Positions 37,166 through 48,709 of a stretch of DNA of 64,000 nt are shown piece by piece. A program made the translations under genes and the position numbers. The notes under the pieces are model-generated. The model was not told where the DNA came from. It worked only from the letters and a program-made list of their open reading frames with translations, and searched no databases. Position 1 is the first letter of the stretch. The number at the start of each line of letters is the position of its first letter. The stretch is from Pseudovirgaria hyperparasitica (Eukaryota): the NCBI GenBank assembly GCA_010093815.1, contig ML996569.1. One strand, 5' to 3'.

Positions 37166-39430
37166 CTATGCGGTGTAAGTGCTGGCGGAGACGTTGCCTA
37201 ATATTCATGTTAGCATGTCACGTACAAATTTAGTTCACTCTCACATACCTCCTCGCCCAGTCCAGTTGACGTGGATATCCTGGCCCTGAGGGTAAGTGGC
37301 ATTGTCGGAGACACGGCTGCGGAAGGTGTGGGCACCGAAGTAATCCCTCTGGGCCTGTAGGAGGTTGGCAGGCAGGTTAGCAGTGCGGTAACCGTCAAAG
37401 AAGCTCAAGGCGGTGCTGAACGCCGGCGTGGGAATTCCCCATAGGGCACCCTTGCTGACGACATCGCGCCATCCAGCCTGAGCATCGTGGATGGCCTTGT
37501 TGAAGAAGTCATCGAATAGGAGATTCTCGAGGTCAGGGTTGCTACGGTAGGCTTTGGTGATATCCTTCAAGAAGACTGAGCGGATAATGCAGCCACCTCT
37601 CCACATGAGGGCAATCTCTGGCTTGTTCAGCTTCCACTTGTACTCCTTGGCGGCATTCTGAATCAGCATGAACCCTTGAGCATAGCTGATAATCTTGGAG
37701 GCGTAAAGGGCCTGCTCGAGGTTCTTGAGGAAGGCTTGCTTGTCGCCCGTAAACTCAGGCTTCGGTCCAGTGAGACGACCAGAGGCACGAACACGCTCTT
37801 CCTTCAAACTACTTAAGCATCGCGCAAAGACGGCCTCACCAATCAGTGTCACCTAAGCGTGTCAGCAGGATCTTCATATACCCCTGCCGAAGTTCGCTTA
37901 CCGGTTGTCCGAGGTCGAGTGCATTGATGGCAGTCCATTTACCAGTACCCTAGCTTGTTAGCTTTTAGTATGCTGACCCTTCCGGTAGCTCTTACCTTCT
38001 GCCCAGCAGAATCGAGGATAACATCGAGGGTCTCAGTGCCATTTTCGTCAGTGTAGTTGAGAATGTCGCGGGTAATTTCGATCAAGAAGCTGTCTCTGTC
38101 AGAGAGTCCTTTCGATACGAGAACTGCCTCACCTGTCTAGGACGCCCTTGTTCCAGTCGGCGAATACAGCACCGCATTCCTTGTTGGTAAGACCAAGTCC
38201 ACGGCGCATGATATCGTATGCCTATCATACTGTCAGCTTGTGCAAAGCATGTGTCGCTACAATTTCGTAGCTCTTTCCCTTTTGCTTGTAAGGCTTTCAT
38301 TGTGTGACGCAGTGGGAGTCCAAAAGCAAATGCCATCATGGAATCAACCATTATCAAGGGTATAAAGGAAATATGAGGGACAAGTATTCGAGATATACTT
38401 ACTTCGCAAATAAGCTGCATGTCACCATATTCGATACCGTTGTGGACCTGTAACGTGTAAGAGAGGTACCCACGACTGGCCTACGTCATAACTGACCATC
38501 TTGACATAATGACCAGCACCTATACATCGTTAGCTCAAGGTTATATAAAAATATATTGTACCGAATTACCTTCGTCGCCTACCCACTGGCAGCAGGGCTC
38601 ATCATCACTCTTAGCTGAGATTGATTGTAGAACATCCTCCATGAAGTCAGCAATAACTCATCAGTTGGAAACGACTGTGACATACCTTAACGTATGGCCA
38701 AGCCTCTTCATTTCCTCCGGGCATGATTGAAGGCCTGTGCCTTGTCAGCAGTCTCCTCGTCAGCAAATATCATGCTTTTCACAAACCCATATCGAGCACC
38801 CTCTTCACCACCGGAGACACCACATCCGACGAATCTGATGCCTTTCTCTTTCAGGTAGTTTGTGCGGCGGTTTGTGTCGGGGTAGTGGGAGTTGCCTCCA
38901 TCAATAATGATATCTAGTGGAATGAGCCAAAGATCAAGTAAAGTAAATACAGCGTGCACTTACCTCCTTCTTCCGCTCCGTTTTGAAGTAGAAGCTCGAT
39001 GAAGTCGTCGACGGCCTTTCCAGCTTGTACCAACATCATCCTGTAAAATTGAGTTACCCAGTCGCCTCTTAGGAAAAGGAATTATGACTGACATGCGACG
39101 GGGCTTCTTGAGTTTTGAGACAAACTCTTTTGCACTGTGGGCGCCAACAATTGATTTGCCCTTGGCCTCATTTTCAAGGAATCGATCGACTTTGGAAACG
39201 GTACGGTTGAAGGCAACCACTATTCGGGCTTAGTACTGCCATCTTTACTCTGTGAGTATCGGTTCTAACCGGTGAAGCCGTGGTCTGCAGCGTTCAAAAT
39301 CAAGTTTTGACCCTAGAGTAAGAATGAATCAGTGCGAGTCCTCAAGGCTGCTATAGAGCATAGTGGGGTAGCTTCTCACCATGACCGCGAGGCCGATCAA
39401 ACCCCAATCACCGACAGCCTGGTCCGCCAT
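37166..39430 (-). CDS. GND1: 6-phosphogluconate dehydrogenase, decarboxylating (14 exons)
   Basis: [122 protein letters not shown] and [18 protein letters not shown]. Thirteen GT-AG introns were traced by hand. Confidence 0.97.
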
Positions 39431-40724
39431 ATTGAATTGTGTGTTTGATGGAGGCTTATTAGAACTGGGAGGCAAAAGAAGAGTGAGGATGGATTGTAGT
39501 CGAAGTAAAGGTGGAAGTAGTTGTGATGTGGGTGAGAAAGATGATGGATGGCGTAGGACAGGCTAAAGTTTTCGGAGTGGTTCCAACGTGGGGCCCGGAT
39601 TACCTGGACACCGGCGGTGGAGTGGAATGCTGAGACTGGGATAGGTCGCAGGTTGCAGGTCGCGGATGGCGAGGGAACGGCCAGGAAAATTTATGACGAA
39701 TGTGACCAAGGGTTCAAATTTAGCACTGTATCCACGGATTATACTGAACAGAAGTTCCCGCAGTAATTATCACGATCAATCAATTCACCGGCATAGGGTT
39801 TGCTTGACTACTCCTGGACCTAGACCTAGACCTGGGCTACATACAAGCAGGACAAGGTGCTAAGATGATGTCGCCTATGCTTTGCGGAGCCAGCATTGTC
39901 AACGATAAGTGGCTGTTGGCTGAATAACTGACCCGCATGTAGCCCACCAGCTTATTCATGGCTCTCATACTACCTTGCCTGCTTGCCGCCATATCATTCG
40001 CTTCAATCCGATTGCTAGAGAGGAAACTTCGACAACACGACGCGGACCATGTGCAGAATATGGCATCTCAACACACAAAGAGTCGCTAGTGTCAAGTACA
40101 ACTCAGTTCCATGTCCTGTCAAGTGCAGGTGTATGGAGTATTCGGGAGAAGATAACGATGGTGATTATGATGCATGCTTACAGGCAGTAGTAATACACAA
40201 AACACGACATCACGGTATTTAATTACTGATGATTGACTGCGAATGCGGGGCACGTGTTTCTCGTTATCGGATCGAGGGGCACAGGACAGGCTAAACCTAT
40301 CGCGGCCTGTTCAGTGCACGGACTTGCGGTAGGAGATTAGGGAGTATTAAAGTCCGGATTATGTAAGGTCTTAAATATCCTGAATACCTACTAGGTACAT
40401 GGCAGTGCTGCTGCTTGTTCCTCGAAGCTCTCTTCGACGTATTCCAGGAGATTTGAACACCGAATCACCCTCATTTGATCATTCCAGTTAGGATCACTTG
40501 CTTTCCCCAAAGGCCCTGTCGTATCTCCTGCTCTTTCCTAGCCATGGACGGTATAGGCTAAGTGCAACACTTTTGTTCTCTTGATCCATTGGATGTCATT
40601 TACCAGCTACATTTCCCCGATTTTGACGTATGCCGGACCTAAGTATGTGATGACATATACAAGTCATCTCTAGAGCCCCTCCAGGGTCTTGACGTTCTTC
40701 GTGCGATGTGGCTCGCATCCGCAC

Positions 40725-41738
40725 TCAGCCAAGCAACTTCGGTCCCTTGGGCTTTTGAGGCTTACGTACACCAGCGCCAGTATTCGCATGACCCTCGCGG
40801 AAGTTTCCTTTACGATTCTTATGGTTGTGCTTACTATTTTGATCACGCACAACGGACGGTGTAGCAATCTTTTCGGCCTTCTTGATCGTGACTGGGTGGC
40901 TCCCAATGTATTTCCCAACCATCTCTTTCGCGGCGCTGAAGAAGTCGTCCGCGTTTTTGAAGCTGACAAACCCGTATCCCTTGCTTTTGGTAGTTCGCTT
41001 GTCTCGGATGACTCGCGCTTTTGCCGCATTGAATTTCGAAAATGCTTTTAACAACGAATCGTCTGTGACCTCTCCGGCAAGATTACCAACGAATAGTCTT
41101 GGATCATCTCCCCATTCCAGCAGCGAATTGTCTTCCCACGTTTTGCCAGCACCATGTCGAACAACTGTGACCGGTCTGCCATCCGCAACTTTGTTTGTCC
41201 CTTGGTGGACATTTGTGCTGTTATCAGCGTTCGTTTGTGGTGTCGAGGTTCCTGGCTGACTGACTTCGTTTCTCGCTCCATTTCTGGCAAAAGCTGAGTC
41301 ATCCCGAGGCACGTAGGCAGACTGCCATTGCGCAATCTGGGCCTCAAGCTCAGGATCGTATGGCTGTCGGCTTGATCCGTTGGCGTTGTCTTGTCCAGGC
41401 AGAGGAAATGGATTTTGAATGACGGGTGCAGCCGAATATGCGCTTCCTGGTGCCTGAGGCTGATAGAATTGTTGTGGATACGAAGATTGGGTTTGATAAT
41501 TCGACTGTTGCGACTGATATCCCGAGGGAGTTGCTGAGCCAGAGGCCATCGTTATCCCAGACGGGCCGCAGCGGTAACTAGACATAAATTGATTAGGCGC
41601 ATTGAATGCATTGCGATAGAACCCGGTATTTGGAAAATGTGGGACCCCATATTGAAGACGGGATGGACGTAAGGGTAGTGGATGCGGGAAGGCATTTTGC
41701 GCAGATCTGCGACCTGGTTCATTTGACTGTCTTGACAT
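40725..41738 (-). CDS. RRM RNA-binding protein, RBM42-like
   Basis: VVRHGAGKTWEDNSLLEW..RLFVGNLAGEVTDDSLLKAF..ARVIRDKRTTKSKGYGFVSF..EMVGKYIGSHPVTIKK. Start taken at ATG 41738, which is uncertain. Confidence 0.88.
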   Translation of the reverse strand: MSRQSNEPGRRSAQNAFPHPLPLRPSRLQYGVPHFPNTGFYRNAFNAPNQFMSSYRCGPSGITMASGSATPSGYQSQQSNYQTQSSYPQQFYQPQAPGSAYSAAPVIQNPFPLPGQDNANGSSRQPYDPELEAQIAQWQSAYVPRDDSAFARNGARNEVSQPGTSTPQTNADNSTNVHQGTNKVADGRPVTVVRHGAGKTWEDNSLLEWGDDPRLFVGNLAGEVTDDSLLKAFSKFNAAKARVIRDKRTTKSKGYGFVSFKNADDFFSAAKEMVGKYIGSHPVTIKKAEKIATPSVVRDQNSKHNHKNRKGNFREGHANTGAGVRKPQKPKGPKLLG

Positions 41739-42199
41739 GTTGAACGATCGGTATAACTTTGTAGAATTTGCTAAGAGTAGTAGACTTACGATGGGTTGTG
41801 ACGAAGTAAAGCTTTTCGGGACGTAGCTTTCTCCGTCTCCGACACACGCTGTGGCGGAAGGAGCAGCTGGTTTCAACAAGTGAATTGGGCGAGAGAGGTA
41901 AACGCTGTGTTCATTTAAGAATGGTTGTTGTTACTGCTGCTGTTCATCAATGATCCATATCAACTGTGAGGAGGCAGCAACGGGCGGATAAACGAATTTC
42001 CGGCGCAATTGCAGCTTTCATCCATGGCTCGTGCACGACATTAGCGTGTCGCGCGTATCTCCTCTCGCGCCGCTCCCAGCCTCGATCCAATTCAGAGCTA
42101 TCAATATCAAAGCTACACAGACACTTTTTAATACTCTGCGTTGACAGCTGTTGCATGCTACCAACAACAGGCTATAATTAGCTCTCGACGTGCATAAAA

Positions 42200-44462
42200 A
42201 TGGGAGACCCAAGTTCGAGCGTGCCTCCTCATGTCGTAAGTAAAAGCACGCAGCGCATGTGGAAAAGAGATACTAACAAGCTTGGCTCAGCTTCCACATA
42301 TTCACCTCATCTCCTCTCATAGATTTCCTGTCACCGCATCCATCACCCCGGATGAAGCCCTTGGCCACCTAAAACATGCACCGGGAATTGTGAGTGGCCG
42401 AGCCGCCATGGCCTGGCAGTACTTTCAGCAACCCCCTACCGATGGCAGTACATTCCTCACCTGGCAGCCGCCTCAGCGAGGTGCAAGATTCTCCAGCGAT
42501 GGTTACATATGGGCAGACCCAGAACAAAGCTTCACAGCCAATATCGGCGGCTATGTACGTGTCAAATTATTCCACCTTTCTGACACAAGTTAACGAAGAC
42601 AGACTATGGAGGTATGGATTCATCAAGCAGGCTGCCGATATGGTGTGGAGCCTTTTACTGCTCATCGCCGGACTCGATTTCATATTGTCAATAAGCTACC
42701 CTCCGTCGAACCCAACGGGCCCAATCCAGACCCTCAACTATGGATTGTACATTATGGCCCAACAGATCCACAATATCGCTTCCCCGCTGAACGCATTCCC
42801 CCAAACATGGAGACTCAAGGAATGCTAAGAGATCGACAACTATTCGAAAGACAAGGGCAACTCCTGCGAAAAGAGTTCATGCTCCATGATCGTAGTAACT
42901 GGCCCAAAGTCGAATTTTCACATGCCGGACAGATGTCTGGCGCGCAGAATCGAGGAATGTATGGACCAAATCAGATGCCCAGACCTCCACAGCCTTTCTA
43001 CCAAGGGAGGGACGGTCCAGGCATGGGTCCATCGCCAGCGAAACGTCAGCGACAAGGTCCGCCTCCACATATCCCAGGAACTACTGCACCCAACACACCA
43101 CAACCTCTTGGAAATACAGATGATCTTGAAGAAGAAAATACGACGTACGGTGACCTACTTGATCATCTCACACCATCAGAAATAAGCAAGATGAGGTATA
43201 CGCAGCATCATGAGTGGATGGAGGAGATCTACTCATCCCCTTATGCTGCTGGGCAGATCGAGCCGATCGACATAGGTTTCGGATTGGTAGGTGAGCTAGC
43301 ACCTTTGACTAGCGGTATCTTCGAGTCACCCATTCGACAGCAGGGCGGTGCTGCTCAAGGGGAGTCGGTGAGAAGCTACCGGAAACTGGACCCGGCCCAG
43401 TATGAAGAATTCAAGAAACGAGTAGAGGAGTACGAGAAGGATGGACAAGCGGAGATGGAACGAATGAAGGCTGAGCACAGCAAAAAGATAGCGGATCTCA
43501 AACGCACAAAAACATACGTCCAAGGCGAACGCCGTCTCCGAGATGTGGTATGGGACTTGGACAATTCGCCAAATTCGCAGCATCACGCACCTGACTCAAT
43601 TGAATCTTCAACGGGGGGTCCAGTCGCATCGAATAGCCAGGTTGAGAAAATCATCAAAGATGTCGAGAACTCACTCGGTGTAATTATCGGACCCAAGAAG
43701 GACATTACCGTCGTTGACAAAGGAGGACTGAGTGAGGATCCTGAACCTCACATGAACGGGCATGGTACCCAGCAAGAGAATGTGTACCGTGACGCCACTG
43801 ATATAGGTACATTACTCAACGAGGCAGCAATGGATGGTGAGAACACAGCAGCAAGTCTTCTAGATGAATTCACTCAGAATTCTGCGGTAAACACCCCTGG
43901 GACGCGAGCTCACAGCCAGCCAGTCTCGCAGTCTGGGAACCTGGGACAGTCTGCAGCCGTAACTCCTCAGGCCAACATCGCAGCGTCACAAGCTCCCTCG
44001 CAATCGGCCACCCAGTCCTCGGCCCATGTTGATCCGAACCAGAACCTGGACGGGCTAGATATGGATGTGGACATGCCCGAGGTCGGCGGTGCACCTAATG
44101 AGGGTGAGGCTGACTGGGTGATGGTAGATGAAGCCTCAGCAGAAAGTGGCCAGCGAGGTCAGCAATCAGGCACGACAGCAAGCGAACAACAAGTACATGC
44201 AACTGCCACAACGACAGAAGGGGCGAGCACCGAGCAGCCTGCGGCAATGACTTCGACTAATGATGATCTACACGAGGGTAGTCCAAGCATGTTCGATTCG
44301 AATTTTGGTGGCTTTGACGATCTGGATACCGCCGGTGATGCGCTTGCGGAGTACACAAATGATGGCGACGAGCTTGGTCTCGATCTAGACAATTCTGCAT
44401 TCGGGGATGCGTTCCAACCTGCAGATCATCATGAAAATTCTGGCGACAACGCTCATCCTTGA
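42200..44462 (+). CDS. SSR4: SWI/SNF and RSC complex subunit Ssr4 (DUF1750)
   Basis: MGDPSSSVPPHV/LPHIHLISSHRFP, FLTWQP..FSSDGYIWADPE, HRRTRFHI, DPQLWIVHYG, RKEFMLHDRSNWP and RYTQHHEWMEEI; acidic tail; introns 42236-42290 and 42555-42602. Confidence 0.88.
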
Positions 44463-45873
44463 TCTCGAGATCAATACCCATACAATAATATTGCTCATGG
44501 TGAAGCACCCATTGGATCTTCTCATTGCCATCAACGTACCGTGGCATGCCACAGTCAAGTATTTACATCAAACATCTGTTGGACGCCGAAGCTCGGACTC
44601 AGTGTCCAAGGACTGCAATTCGCAAGGCTCATTGGTTCCCAACTCTCAAGCATATCCCAGAGCCAAATGTAGAACAGACAGCTGATTAGGACGCCATGAG
44701 ATATCTTCGTAGGGCACGACAGTATTGCGGCTCCACAAAACGCCAACGCCTTACCACTTGTCACTTGTGTGTTACACCCGCACTACTTCGAGGGTTTCGT
44801 GGTCCTTTGCTCTTGTGTACGTGTAACTGAAGTCTCCCAGTGTTTATTTACAGCCGTCTTTGATATTTATGGTGTTTCATCTTGGTCGTAGGAGAAACCA
44901 TGGCCCAATATGGCGTTGCGCATCGGCTTGAAAGATATTTTGGACCTGTCAAGCTTGGGCATAATCTTCAAACGGCGTAGGTGTACCCTAGTTCTACTGT
45001 ACCATGACACATATGACCATCAGGCGTAAAAGCGTCATGCTGTGTACCGTGTACTACATATCAAGAAAGAGCTCTACTTTAACTTCGAAGCCTCAAATGA
45101 CCTACGTTAGTTTGGCTGCTTTGTTTATAGGAAACACGACAGGCCATTGACGATGCTGCCGCGCAGTCGCAAAGCGATAAGATCCCACTTAACTCCCACA
45201 CCAAAACTGTCGTGATGCTCCTGGCACCTTTGGCGGCTGGCGGAGCGGATCTCTTTGGCTGAGACAGTGGGTGATATGTCGTTCTGGCGTCGTGCTTTAC
45301 TATTGCGGCGCCGTGCTTGATTGCGGAGAGGCGTAAAGGGACGCAAGACGGAGCATGACCAGCGGGCCACTCACTGTAATGCTGGATTCACTCATCTCAA
45401 GAAGATCACAACGGGATACACAGAGTCGCAACGGCGACGCGCACATCACGGGCCGGAGTCAACAACGGAACTGCCACCTCAGGATGTGAAGCTCGTCCTT
45501 CCTTTGTTGCACCGCAACAGTCGTGCCTTCCTGTTCCCAACGAGTGTTCGCTGAGATCAGTTGGCCTTAAAGGCTCGCAAGTGCGCATCTCCTCACTCCA
45601 TGGCATTTATCTCTGACTTCTCTCAGGCATTGTTAGACTCTCGTTGCTTCACGCATCCACGTCGTCATACGATTGACGACTGGCACTGCTAGTCACCGCC
45701 CTGCAGTCCAAGCATACCTAATCACGTGGTCGATCCTCGTCTGTGACCATAATACAAATCCTAGATATTCTCCCTACGCATAGGCCTGTCTTTCACCTCC
45801 ATCACTCACGAGACAGTCGATGAGCTGGCTTGTACAGACGGAAACTCACCGACCGCCCACAGTGTCTGGCAAC

Positions 45874-48014
45874 ATGCACCATTCTTCTCTATTGATCACT
45901 CTTTTCACCTTCATGCTCAGCGCCGCAAGCGAATTGATCGAAGTTCACGGCGTCAAAAATGCCGGCGTACGTCCACGTTTGGAGCTGAGGGATCTGGCGG
46001 CGAACACGGCTATGCTGAATCTGTTTCTTCAAGGGCTAGAAAGATTTCAGGCAACGGACCAGAGCGATCCAGACTCCTATTTCGAGATCGCCGGTCAGTG
46101 ATAGCATACGCATCAACTATACAGCTTCTGCAATCTTTCCATATCTCACCACGGCTTTGTTCGCGAGAACTGACTTGGTTTGTTTGTAGGTATCCATGGT
46201 GTTCCATACAGGTCCTGGCAAGACATCTCCCCTAGGCCTGGTGCATCAGCGCCCGGGTATTGTCCTCACTTCTCCAATGTTTTCTTCCCGTGGCACAGGC
46301 CATATCTTGCTTTGTTCGAGGTTAGTAGACATACAGAGCATTTCCCCTGTCTTCGAGCCTAACACTGTGAACAGCAAAGTCTCTACAAACATATTCTAGA
46401 TGTTGTGAGGCAATTTCCCGAAGGAGATGAAAGAGATCAGCAGCGAAAAGTAGCAGATGCGATTCGTCTTCCGTACTGGGACTGGGCTCTTCCACTCAAG
46501 TCAGGACCGATCATCCCGGAGATCATGTCGAACAAAACAATAGTAGTCAAGCGGCCAAACGGCACAGAAGAATCCATCCAAAATCCACTATACTCCTATC
46601 GATTCCATCCGCATAACCCGGATGAGTTGAATGATAATGTTCTGAAAGTATCACTGGTTCGTCAGAGTTTTACTAACCATCTTTAGTCGGATCAACTATA
46701 CCAATTCATCTCTACGAAGCGTTCTCCAACATCAAGCCCAGCTGACAATGAGGATGCTCCCGAAGATCTCAAGGCTGCCGAAGAGAGATTCTCGACTGGT
46801 ATACAGCAGAAACGCGACCGACTGTTCAACTTATTGTGGAAGAATACTACTTATTCTGCGATCAGTAACCATGGAGGTCAAGCAGATAACTTCGAAGAGA
46901 TCCATGGCTGGGCACATTTATCTATTGGAGGAACAAATGGCCCCCATGGACATATGACTGAGACACCCATGTCGGCTTTCGATCCCTCTTTTTGGTTACA
47001 CCACGCGTGAGTATTGAATCATTGTAACCTGCCTCTGTGCTAAACATTCTCCAAGCATGATGGACCGGTTGATAGCAATCTGGCAACGACTGCATCCCGA
47101 GACCTACGTGGAACCTCAATCCCAGGATTTTGGAACCTGGGCATACTCTGTTCGTTCCACCCTGGATGCCAATTCTTGTAAGTTGCGTACTCTTCTCCAT
47201 ATCATGCTGACCCCTCAACATGATTGCCACTATTCAGCTTGATATTTGCTAAACTGACCCGGTCAATTAGCCCTTTATCCATTTCCGAAGTCACAGGACG
47301 AGATGTGGACGTCCAACGAAGTTCGCGACACCCGCGTGTTTGGCTATACGTACGTCGAGCTACAGCTACCCAAAATTCAAGACATCAAGGCTGCCGTCAA
47401 CACTTTGTACAACGACAATCCGAGCTTCGGCAAACGTAGCATGGATAATGGCACGCGTGTATACGATCCGACAGCTGACTTCATTGAATATAATGCGAAC
47501 GTTGCTATTGACCAAATGGCCGTTGGTGGAGGCTCTTTTGCGGTGTACTTCTTTCTAGGTACTTTCAGTCAGGATACGACAGATTGGGATTACGATGATA
47601 ATCTCATTGGCACGGAAGCTATTCTCTCCATTAAAGCCCCTCATGGAGACTCGGGACCTTCATTGATCACTGGTTCAGTGCCGCTGACAAGAAGTCTTCG
47701 TGCGAGGTGGGAAAATGGACGCCTCGAAAGTCTTGACGAGGACAAGGTAATACCATATCTGCAAGAGCATTTGCACTGGCGTGTACGCAGAGTAGGTTGG
47801 CATCTTCTCAGATCATCTTGCACTTGCTTACATTTTACAGTCGAGCGACGGAGCGCAGGTGCCAGTCTCCCGACTTCCATCCCTGGCAGTCTCGGTTGTC
47901 AGCAGTCTCATTCGACCAGCACAAAGCGAAGGCGAGTTCCCGAGGCAGCTCACTGATACCAAGACTCATCCAGAAGTCGTGGATCACAATGAGGGAGACG
48001 GAGACCTATCCTGA
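45874..48014 (+). CDS. Secreted tyrosinase (type-3 copper) with C-terminal shielding domain; 6 introns
   Basis: Signal-like MHHSSLLITLFTFMLSAAS. CuA: SYFEIAG/IHGVP, GYCPH, FFPWHRPYLALFE; RLPYWDWA. CuB: FEEIHGWAH, GHM, AFDPSFWLHHA/MMDRLIAIWQ; FGYTY; C-domain GSFAVYFFLG, GSVPLT, YLQEHLHWRV. Confidence 0.92.
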
Positions 48015-48647
48015 CTGTGATTCGGGCAGTGTATGTGTGCTACGATTGTGATGAGCAGTGCATATTGATGTTGTGTAGACCGCTATAAGAATAGAAGTTC
48101 TATAGACTATCGATTGCATCCCCAATGCATACTAGCATCACATAGTGTGTATCGATACCCGTTTGACCGGGCCCAGGCAAGGAAGCCGATGAGATCTACA
48201 TGGATGGAAGCACGCCCGAGATGGCCACGCTTAGCTCAACCAAACAGATACCTTTCTATAGGCCCATCTCCCCAGATGCTCTCGTACTACGCGGGTGAAT
48301 CCCTCCCTAACATTGGCAGTTTGCGGGGAAACGGGGTGTCTAGCGCGTTGCGGGGAAGCTCTTGATCGAAATCTTAGACCTTTAGAGCTCTAGACCTACA
48401 CTGTTGGACCCATCACAGCCATCACAAGGTTCCCGAATCGCCAGATGTACGTACTCTAGCAAGACGGAACATTTGAAATCGAGGTGGCGATCTGAGGACG
48501 TGAGGGGCTTGGGAACGATGGTATTAGTTTTTAAAAGAATCGAACTCCCTGTGCTTCATCTATGAAACTTGCCTACTACCCTCTGGTGATTATTTGTTGG
48601 ATGGACGCTAGTTTTTCATTGCTGGATACGAACACCCACCCATAAAT

Positions 48648-48680
48648 ACACGCACACGCACACGCACACGCACACACGCA
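48648..48680. repeat. (CACACG)n microsatellite in the putative 5' UTR of the catalase-like gene
   Basis: acacgcacacgcacacgcacacgcacacacgca read directly, ~30 nt before the ATG. Confidence 0.85.
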
Positions 48681-48709
48681 CTGAGAAGAGAATCTGATAT
48701 ATAGTCACA

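Noticed and set aside
37080..37250. Cryptic peroxisomal targeting of GND1 (or hexokinase) by stop readthrough or alternative splicing
   Set aside because: The stop contexts are not TGA-CTA, the readthrough extensions and last-intron retention (GRGGM*) do not end in an SKL-like tripeptide, and no PTS2 exon was seen.
39431..40720. Possible ncRNA or small gene in the 1.3-kb gap upstream of GND1 (also 44470-45870)
   Set aside because: No tRNA cloverleaf, snoRNA boxes or credible ORF recognised by eye; an Rfam search would be needed to exclude one.
4986..48014. Melanin gene cluster linking the ayg1-like gene and tyrosinase
   Set aside because: They are 40 kb apart, separated by housekeeping genes and belong to different pathways; there is no PKS, reductase or scytalone dehydratase in the window.
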